From positions 11,656,001 through 11,720,000 of the forward strand of contig JBHGNT010000006.1 in assembly GCA_043228905.1 (NCBI GenBank): a stretch of 64,000 bases of DNA. Direction: 5' to 3'. This DNA is from Azolla caroliniana (lineage: Eukaryota; Plantae; Polypodiophyta). Each line of letters starts with the position of its first letter. Within the stretch, counting starts at the first letter, position 1. The notes below the pieces were generated by a model that saw only the letters and a program-made list of their open reading frames with translations, was not told the origin of the DNA and made no database searches. Shown in pieces: positions 60,431-64,000 of this stretch. The position numbers and the translations under genes were made by a program.

Positions 60431-60836
60431 AACAATAGGTAACGGTTTGGTTCGGTTTGATAGTGTTAAAACCGAACCGTTTAAACCTTTTGAAACTTGA
60501 ACCGAACCACGAAACCGTTTGAACCGAACTGTTAAAAAAAACCAAACCGTTAAAACTGTGGTTTTGTGGTTAGGTTTCGGTTTTCAACTTAGGTTAAATT
60601 TTAATTTTCAATTTTCAATTTTATTTTAATTTTTTTTCAAAAATTTAAAGATTTTCCTAAAATGTGAGAATTAGGCTTTAAATGAAAAGATTGTTTAAAA
60701 AACTAAACAATTTCAAAAAATAAAAAACTATTAAACCGTTTAAACCATAGTTTCTAACCATTGAAACCGAACCATTCACCCTCCAAACCAAACTGTCAAA
60801 AAAACTTGAACCTAAACCAAACCATTGCTAACTGTT
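60431..60836. mobile_element. MITE-like non-autonomous DNA element upstream of BUD31
   Basis: Imperfect TIRs (aacaataggtaacggtttggttcggtt / aacctaaaccaaaccattgctaactgtt), many aaaccg subterminal motifs, and aggtatgtat on both flanks. Confidence 0.65.
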
Positions 60837-61029
60837 AGGTATGTATGTATGTGCATGAATGTGTATGTATGTATGGCTGGTGTCTATATTGCATCGTTCG
60901 TCTCTAACTACTGCCAAATCATAAAGAGGCTTGGTGAGGGAATCACAATGTAGGGCGCGTGCGATCTGCATCGTCTGATCTCGATAATAAAAAGTGTGTG
61001 CCATCAAAAAAGTTGACAGCTCTGTCACT

Positions 61030-61125
61030 AGGAGCCCGCCTGACTCGAGGTAGGAGCCTGACTCAAATCAGGAGGCGACCGTCTCAGGGCAGGAGCCTGA
61101 TTCAAATTAGGAGTCCAACTCAAAA
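61030..61125. repeat. Short ggagcctgactcaaa repeats, possibly the MULE terminal region
   Basis: Four to five imperfect copies of ggagcctga(c/t)tc just beyond the 3' end of the MULE ORF. Confidence 0.4.
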
Positions 61126-61311
61126 ATAGACATCAAAAACTTCAAAAAATTCTAAGAGTAAAACAAAAAAATCCACTGAAATTCCTCTAAAAAATCAAAA
61201 ACTACTAATTACACAAAACCTAAAGCTTAAAATCAACTTACACAAATTTCCTACCATAAAATGTTTCTGACATCACAAGCTATGTAGTTTTGATTCGGTG
61301 ACCAAATATGC

Positions 61312-63500
61312 TTAAAGTCCAAGTCGAAAAAACCAATCAAATGAATCTAAATACACACATAAGCAAAGATTACATGGCTCATGTGGGGATGATGGCAAAA
61401 TGTAGCCACAATTTTTGCAACATGTAACATTCAAGTCCCTTGAAGTCAAGGTCAAGTCATCGCAATGCAAACACCGAACTTTCTCAAATTCACATATTGG
61501 CAATCGCCTCCAAGTCTGACTTGTAGCTCTCTATAGTTTTCCGGTGTGGGATTAGGAAGTGTTTGGGGAGCTGGCAATAAGTTCTTGTGAGATGTCGACC
61601 ATTGCTCCTCTTTTCGTACTAATTTGTTGCTTTCGACTTATGGATCTGTCGACTTCTTCATTGGTTGATTTTAGTGCACCAATGTGATACACCTTCTTAG
61701 TCAAATCTTTCAATGATTGTATACACTCCAAAATAGTTGCACGGTCGAAGCATCTTAACCCTTGCTTGAGACATTGAACAACTTCCTCAACTGTTTGTAT
61801 TTTGAATTTCCATGATTCCATCTTTGATGTAGTAGGGTTTGTCTCCCTGACTGGTTCTACCTCTGTCTCCACTTATATTTTTGTGATATGGTCCATTTGC
61901 ATTTGGGTTGCGTTATCTATAAAAGACAACAACCCACATGCCTCTCAATAATCATCCAGATTCCAAGTAAATGCTTACATTTACTCGCAAGGTCTTGGCA
62001 ATCACAATATGAGCTTTGGAGCAAGGCATTACGACATAAAGTGGGGGTCATCAAGCTCAATATTCTAAACCAATATCAAGACTCGTCCACAATATGCACT
62101 ATGGAAGTATCGGTGATATACCATTCAAGTATCCGCTCGGCCTCTTTAAGCCTTGACCTTTGATCCCTACAATTTGCATGGGGTGCAAATCTACCACTCT
62201 CACATATTTCTTGTTGTTGCTTCTACCATTTTACGACGGTCGCTCCAATGCAAGTGCCAGTTTCATTGTCCCCAATTAAGACATGTTGAAGATTTGTAGT
62301 TGATCGATTTATTCTTCCTATCAATGCAGTATACTTGATAAATTACCCATGTCTTTCCACAATATTGGTATGTGTCAAAATGTCTGTAGTTGAACAATCT
62401 CCCAAACTTGGGCCAAAGTTTCCTCCACACATATCAAGCCACACCATCCTCTTATATATTGCCAAACATCAGGATTGTCTGCATATTCTCCCTTTAGTTC
62501 CTTGCACATTGCATTGAATACAAATTCCATAATGCATTGCATGAGTTGGCACATCCATTGATTAAGATGGTTTCTCTCAACTACACTTACTTTTGGCAAC
62601 AAGTTGTCCACCCATGAGTTTTTGGCGTGGAATTGACGCAACAAAAGTTGACAATGTGTTTGCGACCGTTGTCCATTTGCAACAATCCAAGATTGATGGT
62701 CTGTTGCAACCACATTACTTATAGCATTATATTATGTCCAACATTTATGGATCACTATCACATTTGGCCTCACCTTGGGTATCCTTGTGAGTATGACTCT
62801 CAAGCTAGTTTCTAACACAACTTGCTCATGGTTTGACCCCTTATTGAAACTACTAATCATGTATCATAATGGGATCCCAATCCCCATGGCATTTGGGGCA
62901 ACAACTACATATAATGGCAGCCCAAATTTGTTTGTTTTAAATGTGGAATCGCTTGCCCAAGAGTTGTTTCGTGACAATCGCTCACCCATTTCTAACATCC
63001 ATTGATCTTGAAGCACCAAGATAAATGGTTGCATGGCGGGAGATCCACATTCACCAGGCAAGTAGGGTTGAACATGAGCCACCATCCCAAGATCTCAAAG
63101 TGCATAGACCTCTTGCATCATCAAAGACCAATCAACCTCTGACATGACACTCGTGATTTTTAACCTATTTATCATGTTATGGACCTTCTTTGGTATTATA
63201 AAGAACTTGTAACTAACAAGTTTTAATGGACTAGCCTTGACTTATGATATGCTTCCTTATGCATGCTTATACGTGCCACATGCCTTGCACACCCAACATC
63301 AAATATGTCATCTTTGTAACATCTTATGATATTTGGGTGTGTTGGATTCCTTTCCGAAAGCATATGTGCTACTTGGTTTGAACATCCATGAGTGCATAAT
63401 CTAACTTAAGGGATATTCCTTGATCACTTCTATGGGACTAGTCTTGTTATATTTGACGACACTCATTCCCAATATGTCAATTGGTGTTGCCTCTAACATC
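61312..63500 (-). pseudogene. MULE (Mutator-like) transposase relic with SWIM finger
   Basis: DSTFKTNKFGLPLYVVV..GIGIPL (MULE domain), SWIM-type CDCQDLASKCKHL near 61970-62010, and a C-terminal CLHC..CKNC. Many stops. Confidence 0.8.
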
Positions 63501-64000
63501 AATTGGCATCCACCTCATGAGACTCAAACGTTACCATTTAACCAATACTTGTAATATGCTTAAGAATATACGTGTTGTTTTATTTGAGCAAGCATTGTAT
63601 CGTCTAAACCACGTAATGTACTACATGTGCACCATATAACACACATGCAAGAGCCTCTCTACATGTGCACCACATGGCCCACATGTAGAACCATCCCTTT
63701 CCTATAAAAGGAGAAGGGAGTATAGATAGAAGGGATATCAAGGAATCGATCAATATCAAAAGAACTATATTATATGAGATATCAATCAAATCAAATAGAA
63801 ACATATTGTAAGAGAGATCACAATAGAGAAAGAAGCCAACATACAAGAGAAGCTCTAACTTGGCGGTTGTGGTGCTCAACTCTCAACAAAAAGGTGGAGG
63901 TTTCAGTCTCGCCCTCATCGAAAGATAGAAGCGAAGATTGTGGTCTACTATCAAAGAAAGAGGAGAGTGGTTAACTTGAGAGACAAAGTACAAAGGTTCA

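Noticed and set aside
63600-64000. Possible LTR of another retroelement at the window end
   Set aside because: Has a TATA-like tataaaag and LTR-like composition, but no partner LTR, PBS or TSD is visible within the window.

Overview
Repeat-rich nuclear DNA from a land plant. The retroelement types suggest a non-seed plant such as a fern, lycophyte or bryophyte (inference only). Positions ~1-49.5 kb are a nested stack of LTR retrotransposons: an old host element H, four Ty1/copia elements (A, B, D, G), two tRNA-Trp-primed Ty3/gypsy elements (C, F) and one solo LTR (E). Most boundaries can be read directly from LTRs, primer-binding sites (PBS), polypurine tracts (PPT) and target-site duplications (TSD). 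The only host gene is a three-exon BUD31/G10 (minus strand, 50105-60248) with an 8.9-kb TE-filled intron; a MITE-like element and a MULE transposase relic lie upstream of it. The stand-out object is a 7.64-kb cut-and-paste DNA transposon (28157-35796; 35-bp TIRs, 8-bp TSD) inserted in the gag of copia G. It carries two divergent genes: a Sola1-like DDE transposase with a BAH/SH3-like C-terminal module, and a six-exon ~997-aa protein fusing a ParB-like domain to a prokaryote-type beta-class amino (N6-adenine/N4-cytosine) DNA methyltransferase. It therefore looks like a plant DNA transposon encoding its own non-5mC DNA-modifying enzyme. Family assignments come from motif recognition by eye; no database searches were run.
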